Shown piece after piece: positions 18,368 to 27,900 of a DNA stretch of 64,000 nt. The stretch's first letter is position 1. Every line of letters starts with the position of its first letter. The DNA comes from Bryobacteraceae bacterium. Lineage in GTDB: Bacteria; Acidobacteriota; Terriglobia; Bryobacterales; Bryobacteraceae. Where the stretch lies: assembly GCA_031367405.1 (NCBI GenBank), contig JANLPT010000361.1, positions 973-64,972 on the forward strand, in the 5' to 3' direction. The notes below the pieces were generated by a model. That model was given only the letters and a program-made list of their open reading frames with translations. It searched no databases and was not told the origin of the DNA. The position numbers and the translations under genes are program-made.

Positions 18368-18601
18368 CTAACGATTCTCATCTTCAAATAGATACTTGAT
18401 CTCGTGCTTATACACAAAGAGGTTGGGGGCGTTTTCCCGGGTGAGGCGAATAAAATGGCGGTCGTAATACTCCACCATCCCGTACAGCAATTCGCCACTC
18501 ACCAGCTTCAGAGCGACCGGAATTTTCCCATCGATTAATTGGCGCAGGTACTGGGGTTCGGCCAGCGTGTTGTCGGGAGCGAGGGTTTTAGCTTTGGCCA
18601 A
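18368..18601 (-). CDS. Hfq-like Sm-fold RNA-binding protein (divergent), TTG start
   Basis: 77 aa. ...PQYLRQLIDGKIPVALKLVSGELLYGMVEYYDRHFIRLTRENAPNLFVYKHEIKYL parallels Hfq Sm1/Sm2 (..FLN.LR....PV.I.LVNG..L.G.I..FD.F.ILL......VYKHAIS). The start codon is TTG. Confidence 0.6.
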   Translation of the reverse strand: MAKAKTLAPDNTLAEPQYLRQLIDGKIPVALKLVSGELLYGMVEYYDRHFIRLTRENAPNLFVYKHEIKYLFEDENR

Positions 18602-18604
18602 GGA

Positions 18605-19510
18605 CTAGTCCGAATCTCCATAATAGCCGTTGCGGGAGAGGAGCTGCAAACCGTTGGCCGGAACGGTGGCTCCCGTCAGCGTCACGCGTACCGGATGAAA
18701 GGGTTTGGCATCGGCCGGCAGCGCCCGCGGATAGTACCCCAACAAGTACTGGGTGCGCAGGTCGCTCAAGATGGCGGCGAAGGCCGTGTCCAGCTGTTTG
18801 CCCAGCGTCGGCCGGAAAATGCGCCCGCCGGTGCTGCCCGCCAAAGTGATCAGCGCATTCTCGCCGCCCACATTGTGTCCCACCTCGGCCGTAATCGGCA
18901 CCACCAGAATCGAATAGATCACGGCGTCCGCGCGCTGGGCCGCTTCGAGCGCATCGCGATACTTCTTGCGCGAAGTGGTATCGCCGCCATCGGTCACCAC
19001 CACCAAAACCCGCCGGCCGGATCGCCGTTCGAGATCCTGCGAAGCGAAGCACAGCGCATCGTAGAGCGAGGTACCCGAAAGCGGCTTCAGCTTCGCCAAC
19101 GGCCGCAGGATGCGGTCGAGCGAACGCGTAAACCCGGTCTGCATAATCACTTCGTCATGGAAGCTGTACAGTGCCGCCCGGTCATCCGGGTTGCCCGCGC
19201 CATAGAGCGCGGCGAGGAAGCCCTTGATGGCCCGCGACTCGTACTCCAGGTTCGTCGCCGTCGACAAGCTGGTATCGATCAGTAACGAGACCGACAGCGG
19301 CTGCGCCGTCGAGCGCTCAAACACCGCAATCTCCTGGGGAACGCCGGTGTCGGCGACGGCAAAGTCTTCGCGGCGAAGGTGGCCCACGGGCTCCCCTTGC
19401 GGATCTTTTACGGTCACGAGCAAGCGCACCAGCTTCACCTGGACGCGAATCACCGGCACTTCCTGGGCCAAAAGCAGAACCGGCGTCAGCAGCAGGGTAC
19501 GGCGTTTCAT
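18605..19510 (-). CDS. Secreted VWA-domain protein (acidobacterial VWFA-related type)
   Basis: Signal peptide MKRRTLLLTPVLLLAQ, MIDAS-like DTSLS, VVVTDGGDT. The ATG at 19510 overlaps the upstream stop (ATGA). Confidence 0.85.
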   Translation of the reverse strand: MKRRTLLLTPVLLLAQEVPVIRVQVKLVRLLVTVKDPQGEPVGHLRREDFAVADTGVPQEIAVFERSTAQPLSVSLLIDTSLSTATNLEYESRAIKGFLAALYGAGNPDDRAALYSFHDEVIMQTGFTRSLDRILRPLAKLKPLSGTSLYDALCFASQDLERRSGRRVLVVVTDGGDTTSRKKYRDALEAAQRADAVIYSILVVPITAEVGHNVGGENALITLAGSTGGRIFRPTLGKQLDTAFAAILSDLRTQYLLGYYPRALPADAKPFHPVRVTLTGATVPANGLQLLSRNGYYGDSD

Positions 19511-20259
19511 GGCGCGAGGCCGGCGCGACTCACCACCGCATCGTCCCAATCGCCATCCACCCACACTTCGCCATCGGCAAAGTACTCTTTTTTCCAAATC
19601 GGCACAGTCTTCTTGAGCCGGTTGATCCCGTCCAGCGCCGCCGCGAAGGCGGGGCCCCGGTGGGGTGACGTGGCGATCACCACGACGCTCGCCTCGCCAA
19701 TCTCCAGCCGCCCCAAACGGTGGACCAGCGCGATGCGGCTGATGGCATGCGCTTGCGCGATCTCGCGGCCAATCTGCGCCATTAGCTTGATCGCCATGGC
19801 TTCATAACACTCATAGTCCAGGAAGCGCGTCGCCCGGCCCTTGGTGTTGTCACGCACGACACCTTCGAAGTCGCACATTGCCCCGTCGTGGGCAGCCAAC
19901 AAGCGGCGCTTTATGCTGTCGGTGTCGATCTTTTCTCGTGTCAAGGCGAAAAAGTGGCCCGCCGTATCGTCAATGACATGGGAATAGGGCCCCGCACCGC
20001 CCGAAACCGGCGGCAGAAACGCGATCTCGTCACCGTCCGCAATCAGACAGTCCGGGGCCTCGAAGCTTTGATTGCGCGCCAGCACAATGCTCGCCGCCAA
20101 CCCCGCCAGACGCGGATCGCGTTGGGCGTAGTAGGAAAAAACATCGCGGAGCCGGAAGCCTTCGGTAGGGGTTTCACCGAGGTCCAGGTTCTCTTGCGAT
20201 TTACCCATCAGGTCTCGCAAGAGTCCGAAAAATAGGACTTGGACGCGCACAGGAGTCAT
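19507..20259 (-). CDS. moaDE: Fused MoaD-MoaE molybdopterin synthase (small plus large subunit in one ORF)
   Basis: From ATG 20259: MTPVRVQVLFFGLLRDL...DGDEIAFLPPVSGG (MoaD with terminal GG). It runs directly into the MoaE core (...CDFEGVVRDN..., IATSPHRGPAF, PIWKKEY). Confidence 0.85.
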   Translation of the reverse strand: MTPVRVQVLFFGLLRDLMGKSQENLDLGETPTEGFRLRDVFSYYAQRDPRLAGLAASIVLARNQSFEAPDCLIADGDEIAFLPPVSGGAGPYSHVIDDTAGHFFALTREKIDTDSIKRRLLAAHDGAMCDFEGVVRDNTKGRATRFLDYECYEAMAIKLMAQIGREIAQAHAISRIALVHRLGRLEIGEASVVVIATSPHRGPAFAAALDGINRLKKTVPIWKKEYFADGEVWVDGDWDDAVVSRAGLAP

Positions 20260-20274
20260 CTTAACAGACGCCCC

Positions 20275-21023
20275 ATGAACGTCTCCGATTTCAACAATTT
20301 TACCTATCTTCCGCCGCCAGCGGCGGTGGGGGCGCAACGCATTCTCATTAAGCCAAATCTCGGCTATCCCCTTGGCCCGCCGGTTACCGTCTCCATGCCG
20401 GTATTGGAGGCGGTGATCGCCGGCATCCGCGCCGTCAATGCGAAGGCGGAGATTCTGGTCGTCGAAGGCGTCTGCCATCGCCTGCCCGCGCACGAAATTG
20501 CCACCCGCCTCGGCTTGAGCCATGAGATTACGTTTCTCGACGCCGACCAATTGCCGCTCGCCACCTACCTGAATCTCCTCGCCACGCCCGCCCGTTTCAG
20601 CGAATTTCAAGCGCCCGCGCTCTTACGCCAAGTGGACTGCCGCATCTCCATCGGCGCGTGTAAGTGGACCATCCTCAACGGCCGCCCCCTCTTCAGTGGC
20701 TGCGTGAAGAACTTATACGGTTTGCTGCCCCGCTCCGCTACCGCAGCCGTAGTGCACACAGCCGCGGGCAGTTACACCGTCCCGATGTCTGGAGTGTGAT
20801 CGAAGACGTCTGGGCAACGCTGGGTCCGCTCTTCGGTGGCGGCGTGGTCGACGCTAGTGAGGTGATGATCAGCCAGGACTGGCGTCCTGATCGCGGCCAA
20901 AAAGTAAAACTCGGCCAAGTCTTCTGGGGCCCGGACCTCCGCGCTATCGACGCCGCCGCCATCGCCCAAACACAACCACTTCTTGCCGCTGAATCAAAAC
21001 GATGCGTCGATGGCAAGATCTAA
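20275..21023 (+). pseudogene. DUF362-family protein interrupted by a frameshift
   Basis: Frame 1 (20275-20799) reads ...ILIKPNLGYP...CKWTILNGRPLFSGCVKNLYGLLP.. then hits a stop. The remainder (..VIEDVWATLGPLFGGGVVDASEVM...) continues in another frame (20664-21023). The two frames overlap at 20664-20799. Confidence 0.55.
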
Positions 21024-21424
21024 AGCGAATAGTACTGCCCGCCATCGGGATTCCAATAGGCGTAGCCATCGGGTACTAATTCCAGATTGGGCTCGAGTCC
21101 CGCGCGCCGCAGCAGCCTGGACGATTGCGCGCGGTCGCGCATGTTCGGAATGTCCACCACTTCCAGCCGTTCCAGCAATCCCCGGTAATGATCGAGAATG
21201 TTGCCGATCAGCTCTCCGGGCTGGCCTTCGCCCACCCAGTCGACGTGGATGTCATGGTCAGCGGCGAAGGTGCGGATGCGCCACGCCTGCCCTGGCTCCA
21301 GCCACCACTGCACCGTATCGTGGACGCCGTTGCCGGCGGGATCGCCAAAGTTCTTGATGTAGCTGCTGCGAATGTTCAGGATTCCGACAATCAACTTAGC
21401 GGGCATGGAGTCTCTTTCGGCCAC
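21020..21424 (-). CDS. Hypothetical protein
   Basis: 134-aa ORF with balanced composition. The plus-strand ORF 21125-21439 looks like its antisense shadow. No family recognised. Confidence 0.5.
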   Translation of the reverse strand: MAERDSMPAKLIVGILNIRSSYIKNFGDPAGNGVHDTVQWWLEPGQAWRIRTFAADHDIHVDWVGEGQPGELIGNILDHYRGLLERLEVVDIPNMRDRAQSSRLLRRAGLEPNLELVPDGYAYWNPDGGQYYSL

Positions 21425-21536
21425 CCGCCCCCAAAGTAATAGGGCTTTTACCGAATTGACCAGGACCGAGGCGAATCAAGAGCTAGAGTGCGGAATCCCT
21501 GAGAGCGAACTCAGGTCTTTTCCGTAGTACTCAGTT

Positions 21537-22316
21537 TTAGGGACGCGCGATGCCCCGTTTGCTCGCGCGCACAAAGTCGGCCAATTCCTGGGTACCGGGT
21601 TCGGAGTCGAGTCGCTTTAAGACATCCGTTCGCGGCAGGCCGCTCTCGTAAAGCACCCGATACGCCTGCTTCAGCTCACTGATTTGTTGCTGAAGGAATC
21701 CCGCGCGCCGCAAGCCGACCAGATTCAAGCCCGTGGGACGCGCATCGAAGCCCGCATAAAGAAAGAACGGCGGCAGATCGAGATTCACCCGGCTGTTGCC
21801 GCCCACCATCGCATGGCGGCCGATGCGCGAATGCTGATGCACCACCACGCCGCCCGAAAGAAACGCCTGGTCCGCAATGTGGACGTAGCCTGCCACCAGC
21901 GTGTTGCTGGCGATGGTGACGTGATTGCCAATCTGGCAATCGTGCGCAATGTGGCCCGAGCCCATGATGTAGTTTTCGTCGCCCACGCGGGTGACGCTTT
22001 CGGGCTTGGTGCCCCGCGAGATGGTCCAATGTTCGCGAATGCGGTTGCGATGGCCGATGATCAGGTAGCTGCGCTCGCCGGTGAACGCTTTGTCAAAAGG
22101 GTCGGTGCCGAGGACAGCGCCGGCCGAGATCTCGTTCCCGTCGCCCAGCGTGGTGAAGCGCTTCAGGTAGACGTAGGGCTCCAGCCGGTTGGCGCGCCCG
22201 AGCCGCACGTCCTGCTCAATCACGCAATATTCGCCGATCACACAGTGCGGGCCGATTTCGGCGTCCGGGTGAATCCGCGCGGTAGCCGCCACTTGCGCCG
22301 AAGAGTCGATGGCCAT
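21537..22316 (-). CDS. lpxA: Acyl-ACP--UDP-GlcNAc O-acyltransferase
   Basis: Hexapeptide repeats from IHPDAEIGPHCVIG onward, plus the LpxA-type C-terminal helical domain (LNLVGLRRAGF...ELKQAYRVLY). 259 aa. Confidence 0.9.
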   Translation of the reverse strand: MAIDSSAQVAATARIHPDAEIGPHCVIGEYCVIEQDVRLGRANRLEPYVYLKRFTTLGDGNEISAGAVLGTDPFDKAFTGERSYLIIGHRNRIREHWTISRGTKPESVTRVGDENYIMGSGHIAHDCQIGNHVTIASNTLVAGYVHIADQAFLSGGVVVHQHSRIGRHAMVGGNSRVNLDLPPFFLYAGFDARPTGLNLVGLRRAGFLQQQISELKQAYRVLYESGLPRTDVLKRLDSEPGTQELADFVRASKRGIARP

Positions 22317-22337
22317 TCCTCTCTATGATAGTGTCTG

Positions 22338-23321
22338 ATGCGAATCGATGAAATTGCGGCGCTGTTGCGGGCTGCGGCGGATGGCCCGAGCGGCCCCGGC
22401 GATGGAGAAGCGGCGGGCGCGGCGGCCTTGACCGAGGCCGGGCCCCAGGACATCGCCTTTGCCAATACGGCAGCGCAGGCCTTAGAGAGCCAGGCCGGCT
22501 GCGTCATCGGGCCGCTGGACTGCCCCGCCTTGCCGGGGCGCACCGTGATCCGCGTGCCGCATCCGCGAGCGGCGTTCGCCCAGGTTCTGCGAGCGCTCTA
22601 TCCGCCGCCTACACCCGCGCCCGGCGTCGATGCGTGGGCCAAAGTGGACGCCAGCGCCCAACTCGGCGCGCGCGTCAGCATCGGCGCTTTCTGTATCGTC
22701 GAAGCCGACGCCGTCATCGGCGACGACTGCGTTATTGGCCCCGGTTGCCGCATCGGCGCGGGCGTCGCGCTGGGGCCCGGCGGCCTTCTGCATGGCAACG
22801 TCACCCTGTATCATGGCGTGCGCATTGGCGCGCGAGCGGTGCTGCATGCGGGTGCGGTGATCGGCGCGGATGGCTTTGGCTTTGTCTTCGCGGCCGGACA
22901 CTACGAGAAATTCCCGCAAGTGGGCATCGTCGAATTAGGGGACGATGTCGAGATCGGTGCCAACGCCTGTGTCGACCGCGCCGCGCTCGGCGTCACGCGC
23001 ATTGGCGACGGCACCAAGCTCGACAACATGGTCCACATCGCCCACAATTGCCAAATCGGCAAGCACGTGGTGATCGCCGCGCAGACGGGCCTGGCGGGCG
23101 GCGTTACGGTGGGCGACTATGCCGTGATCGGCGGGCAAGTGGGCGTGGGGGAGCGGGCGCGCATCGAGTCGCGCGCCGTGGTCGGATCCGGCGCGGGCAT
23201 CCTGACCGCTAAGATCGTGCGCGCCGGAGAGCCGGTTTGGGGCACGCCCGCCCGGCCCTTGCGCCAATACCTCAGTCAACTCGCCAGCCTGCGCCAGATA
23301 AGGAAGCTCCTCGACAAATGA
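22338..23321 (+). CDS. lpxD: UDP-3-O-acylglucosamine N-acyltransferase
   Basis: 327 aa. N-terminal LpxD domain, then a long left-handed beta-helix (hexapeptide) region and C-terminal helix. Divergent from lpxA with a 21-bp spacer. Confidence 0.9.
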   Translation: MRIDEIAALLRAAADGPSGPGDGEAAGAAALTEAGPQDIAFANTAAQALESQAGCVIGPLDCPALPGRTVIRVPHPRAAFAQVLRALYPPPTPAPGVDAWAKVDASAQLGARVSIGAFCIVEADAVIGDDCVIGPGCRIGAGVALGPGGLLHGNVTLYHGVRIGARAVLHAGAVIGADGFGFVFAAGHYEKFPQVGIVELGDDVEIGANACVDRAALGVTRIGDGTKLDNMVHIAHNCQIGKHVVIAAQTGLAGGVTVGDYAVIGGQVGVGERARIESRAVVGSGAGILTAKIVRAGEPVWGTPARPLRQYLSQLASLRQIRKLLDK

Positions 23322-23734
23322 TCCTGGCGGTGGGCGGCAACGCCCGTGGCACGGGCAAGACGACGCTGATCTGCGCCATCATCCGGCAGTGTCCAGAATT
23401 GGCTTGGCACGCGCTGAAGGTGACGCCGCATGAGCACTTACACGAGTCCGGGGACACGGCGCGCTTCCGGGCGGCGGGCGCGGTGGAGGCTTACCTGCGG
23501 TCGACGGCTGACTTACCCGCGCTGGATCAAGGTAACTGGATCATCGAGTCGAACCGCATCCTCCACTTACTCACGCCGGACGCTTATATCTTTATTCAGG
23601 GTGATGATGTGGTGGATGAAAAGCCGCAATCGCGATGGCATTTGCCCCAGGCCGATGTGATTCTGCGCGGCTGGATGCCCGCTGAAGAGCTTCCGCCGGC
23701 GGTGAGCGCGTTGTTGAACCGCTTAGTAAGATGA
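23318..23734 (+). CDS. MobB-like P-loop NTPase
   Basis: MILAVGGNARGTGKTTLICAII...ALKVTPHEHLHESGDTARFRAAGA parallels MobB (..GKTTL...LI......KH.HH...D....R.AGA). Its ATG overlaps the lpxD stop (ATGA at 23318-23321). Confidence 0.65.
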   Translation: MILAVGGNARGTGKTTLICAIIRQCPELAWHALKVTPHEHLHESGDTARFRAAGAVEAYLRSTADLPALDQGNWIIESNRILHLLTPDAYIFIQGDDVVDEKPQSRWHLPQADVILRGWMPAEELPPAVSALLNRLVR

Positions 23735-23735
23735 C

Positions 23736-24797
23736 TTACTTGGCGCGCGGCTTGTTGCCTACTTTGAGAATGGCGGCAATAGTCTTATCGCGCTCGTCGG
23801 CGGCCCAGGTGCGCTCAATCTCGGTTTCGGCCATGCCGGCTGAGCGGCCCAGCAGCACGTAAGCGGGCAGCGCGTGCGGCAGATATTTCCAACGCGCCAT
23901 CTCGACGAGGGTGTCGCGCGAACGCTCGGCCAGCATCTGCATCAGTTTAGGATCGCGAACCTCGGTTAAAGTCAGCAGCACCTGCATCGCCTGCTGGCGA
24001 TCGTTCCAGTCGAGCGAATGCAACATCTCGACGATCCAGGTGGGCAGCACCTGCATTTCGAGTTTAGGATCGCGGCGGGCCAGGACGCTGAAGGCGGCCA
24101 GGGAACGCAAAGCGTTGGCGCGCACTTTAGCACCGGGGTCGCGCATGGCGAGCTGCAGGTCGTTGATCACCGCGCGCTTATCGGTGACGTAGCCGATCGT
24201 GTAAGCGGCAATGGCCCGCTCCTCTTCGTCGCCATCTTTTAGCGCTTGGCGCAGCTCAGCCAGACTGGCATCGGCCAGTTGCAGCAAGCGCAGCTGCCAG
24301 CCGCGGCTCGTCTCATCCACCAGCAGCGAGTGCCCACGTGACCAATCCTCGGCGGTGGTGCCCGCGCGTCCCGCCCCCGCCATCGCCTCAATCAACTGCC
24401 GGTACGCACTGACGATGCCTTCCGGCAGCAGCGGCACGCCAGAACCTTCAAACGACGGGCGCACATCGAAGTGGAGCGACCCTTTCTCTTCAATGCCGAT
24501 ATACAGAATGGGCTGGCCGGGGCTGGCGCAGCAAACCGCTTCCACGCGGGCACCCACCACTCCATCCACTTCTTCCAGCTTCTCCTCCAGGTCAACGCGC
24601 GAGGCGGGCAGTGGGTCGCCGGCCTTCAGCTTTAGGTCGCGCAAGAGCCGGTCCGCCGTCAGCTTATGTACGCCGTAAAAGTCGATCGCAAAAATCCGCG
24701 GAACGGCAATCACGGTCTCGGCGCGAGGAGATGCAATGGAGGCGGAGCTAAGCGCGGCAGGCTCCTGCGCCAGCAGAAGCAGTAAGGCAATCACCAT
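23736..24797 (-). CDS. Secreted protein with POTRA-like N-terminal module and HEAT/ARM-like repeats
   Basis: Signal peptide, then FAIDFYGVHKLTADRLLRDLKLKAGDPL...VVGARVEAV...LYIGIEE (POTRA-like). HEAT-like repeats follow (RAIAAYTIGYVTDKRAV..L..AMRDPGAKVRANALRSLA). Confidence 0.6.
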   Translation of the reverse strand: MVIALLLLLAQEPAALSSASIASPRAETVIAVPRIFAIDFYGVHKLTADRLLRDLKLKAGDPLPASRVDLEEKLEEVDGVVGARVEAVCCASPGQPILYIGIEEKGSLHFDVRPSFEGSGVPLLPEGIVSAYRQLIEAMAGAGRAGTTAEDWSRGHSLLVDETSRGWQLRLLQLADASLAELRQALKDGDEEERAIAAYTIGYVTDKRAVINDLQLAMRDPGAKVRANALRSLAAFSVLARRDPKLEMQVLPTWIVEMLHSLDWNDRQQAMQVLLTLTEVRDPKLMQMLAERSRDTLVEMARWKYLPHALPAYVLLGRSAGMAETEIERTWAADERDKTIAAILKVGNKPRAK

Positions 24798-24903
24798 TTC
24801 ATTATCGGGCTTACGACAGGCGTTGTGGCGGGCAGCCTCGAAGAGTTAACGGGCGAGGTCCAGCGCGGCCTCAGGTGGGCCGGGTCTGCACAGGGGCACT
24901 TTG

Positions 24904-27900
24904 CTATGCCACCTCCTTGCTGCCTCCCGTGGACGGGCTACTGAAGCGCTCGTAACGCTCCTCCACCAACCGCTTCACCCGCGCCATGCTCACACTCTTG
25001 ATCTCGCCGTAGCCCCGGATCTGGTCGACCAGGGACAACAGCTCCACCGCCGTTTCGTTCTCAGCGCTCCAACTCTGCGCGCACCGCTCCACCCAACCCC
25101 GGTACCAAACGATCGTCTCCCGCTCCTCGCGCCGGTGCCGGGCGTATCCAAACACGTCCCACGCGCCGCCGCGTAAAAACTTGAGCTTAGCCATCAGCCG
25201 CATCGGCCCCGTTGCCCACGGGCCCAAATTGATTTTCTTCGCGTAACCGAACGCCCGCAAAATCGGCGGATGCAGGATAAATCCATGCCACAACGGCGCG
25301 CTGAATGTGCCCTCGACGCCAGCGAGAAACTCGGGCGCTGTCAGCAGCCGTGCCACTTCGTACTCGTCCTTGTAAGCCATCAGCTTGTAGAGATAACGGC
25401 CCACGACTTCGCGCATCCCCGCCGGTTGCGCTTCCACAAAATCCCTCCAGCGTTGGGCGTAAGCCTCGTTCTGATACGCCGTCAACCTCGCGAAATAATC
25501 CACCTTACTGGCCACCGCCGCTAGCCCCGGCTGCACCTCCGCCTCCACCCGCGCGGCATCGCGATAATACAAGCGCCCCCACCGCAGCGCTTCCAGATTG
25601 CGCTTCGCATCCACGCCATTCAATCGGATTGACTCTTCAATGGCCCCCAGCGTCAACGGCATCAACCCCGCTTGCCATGCCACACCCAGCAAAAACACAT
25701 TCACCGCCAAATGGCTGCCGAACAGCGTCTCCGCTATCCGCGTCGCATCGACATACACGTTCCGCTCGCGCCGCGTCACCTGCGCCACTAAGTCAATATT
25801 CCGTTGCGCACCCGGCATCGCCCAACGCTGCCGGATTGACTCGGAGGTGGGCACCACATGCGTATTGATCACCGCCGCCGTGCGCGTGGCATCGGCGCAT
25901 TTCAAGTTATCGGCCGCCGCCGCGCCCAACGAGTCAAAGCCCAGAATCAAGTCCGCATTGCCCGTGTTAATCCGCCCCGCCCCGCGCCACGCATGATGGC
26001 TCAGCGTCAGATGCGACACCACCGCGCCACCCCTTTGCGCCAAGCCTGTCTGGTCGAGCGTCGACACTTCCAGGCCATCGAGCACCGCCGCCGTGGCCAG
26101 CAACGCGTTGATCGTGATCACCCCCGTGCCGCCAATGCCCGGCGACAGAATCCGGTAGCCGCCCGCGCCCACCTTCACCATGTCGCGCGGTGCCGGCAAA
26201 TCGGTCACCTTCGGCAATTGCCTCTTCGGCAATCCGGTGCCGGCCTTCACTTCCACCATCACGAACGACGGACAATCGCCCAGCGCGCACGTATAATCCT
26301 TGTTGCAAGACGACTGGTGGATGCTCATCTTCTCGCCCAGTGGCGTCTGCACCGGTTGCAGACTCATGCAGTTCGATTGCGCCACGCAGTCGCCACAACC
26401 CTCGCAAACCTCCTGGTTGATCATCAGCCGCCGCGTCGGCTCCACGCTCTTGCCGCGCGAACGCGAGCGCCGCTTCTCGGCTGCGCACTCCTGGTCATAA
26501 ATCATCACCGTCACCCCGGCGATCTGCGGCAACTCCCGCAGCGTCCGCTCGAGATCCGTGCGGTCGCGGATCTCCACCCCTTTGGCGAAGCGCGCACCGT
26601 CGTGCGCCCGCACGTCTTCCACTAACACCACGATCTTCTTGACGCCCTCCGCCGCCAGCTTCTGCGTTAACTCCGGCACTGCCAGCACACCCGCCGGCGC
26701 TTGCCCGCCCGTCATCGCCACATGCCCGTTGTAGAGCAGTTTGAAGGTGATGTTTACCTTCGCCGCCACGCAAGCCTGCACCGCCAGAGACCCTGAATGG
26801 AAGTAAGTGCCGTCGCCCAGATTCTGGAAGATATGGTCGCGTTTGCTGAACGGGGCCATCCCGATCCACGGCACCCCTTCGCCGCCCATCTGCGTCGAAA
26901 ATTCGTATCCGCGCCCCGTCTCGGGCATCAGAATTCCCATCCCATGGCAGCCCGTGCCGCCCCCCGCTACTTGCCCCGGCAACAGCAACGTGGACCGGTT
27001 ATGCGGACAGCCCGAGCAGAAGTTCGGCATGCGCGCCGGTGCGGGCGAACCCATCACCACGGGCCTTCGCAACGCTGTCACGCGCTTCGCCAGCCCGGCC
27101 TGCGTCAGCACCCGCTCCAGAATAGTTGCGATCATATCCGGGTCCAGCTCGTTGTAATTCGGCACCAACGTCTCGCCGGCCGCATCCAGCTTGCCGATCA
27201 CCCGCGGACGCTCCGGCAAATCGTACAGCGCATCGCGGAGCTGGGTCTCCAAAAACGCGCGCTTCTCCTCAATCACCAGGATCGTCTCCAACCCCTCAGC
27301 GAACTCCCGCGCAAAAGCCGTCTCCAGTGGAAACGTCATCCCGAACTTCGCAATCCGAATCCCCACCGCCTCCAGCTGCCCCGTCAAACCCGCGTCATCC
27401 AGCGCTTGCAGTAAGTCGTAGTAAGGCTTGCCCGCCGTCGCGATGCCGAGCTTTGCGCGGCCCGCGCCCTCCATCCGGTTCAGGCCATTCGCCGCCGCAA
27501 AACGTTTCGCGGCGTCCAGGCGCGGCCCAAAAGCCTCGCGCTCGGCGGCGATCGTCCAGGGTGCCAGCATTTTTGTTTCGCTCTTTTTCTGGTAATCGTC
27601 CGGCACCACGAACGCGTGCCGGTCAAGATCCAGCTGAATGGTCGCGCCGCCGTCGCAAACATTGGTGACCAGTTTGAGGCCCACCCAAGCGCCCGAATAG
27701 CGCGACATTGCTAAGCCCGCCAAACCTAGATCCAGCACCTCCTGCGGATTGCCCGGCACCAGCACCGGCATGGCCCAGTTCATCAGGCTGAAGTCCGATT
27801 GATGCGGAATCGTAGAGCTCTTCGACGCGTGGTCGTCACCCGCCAGCACCAGCGCGCAACCCAAGCGGCTCGTGCCCGCCAGATTCGCGTGCCGGAAGAT

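Noticed and set aside
21125-21439. 104-aa plus-strand ORF competing with 21020-21424 (-)
   Set aside because: The minus-strand product has the more protein-like composition. This call remains uncertain.
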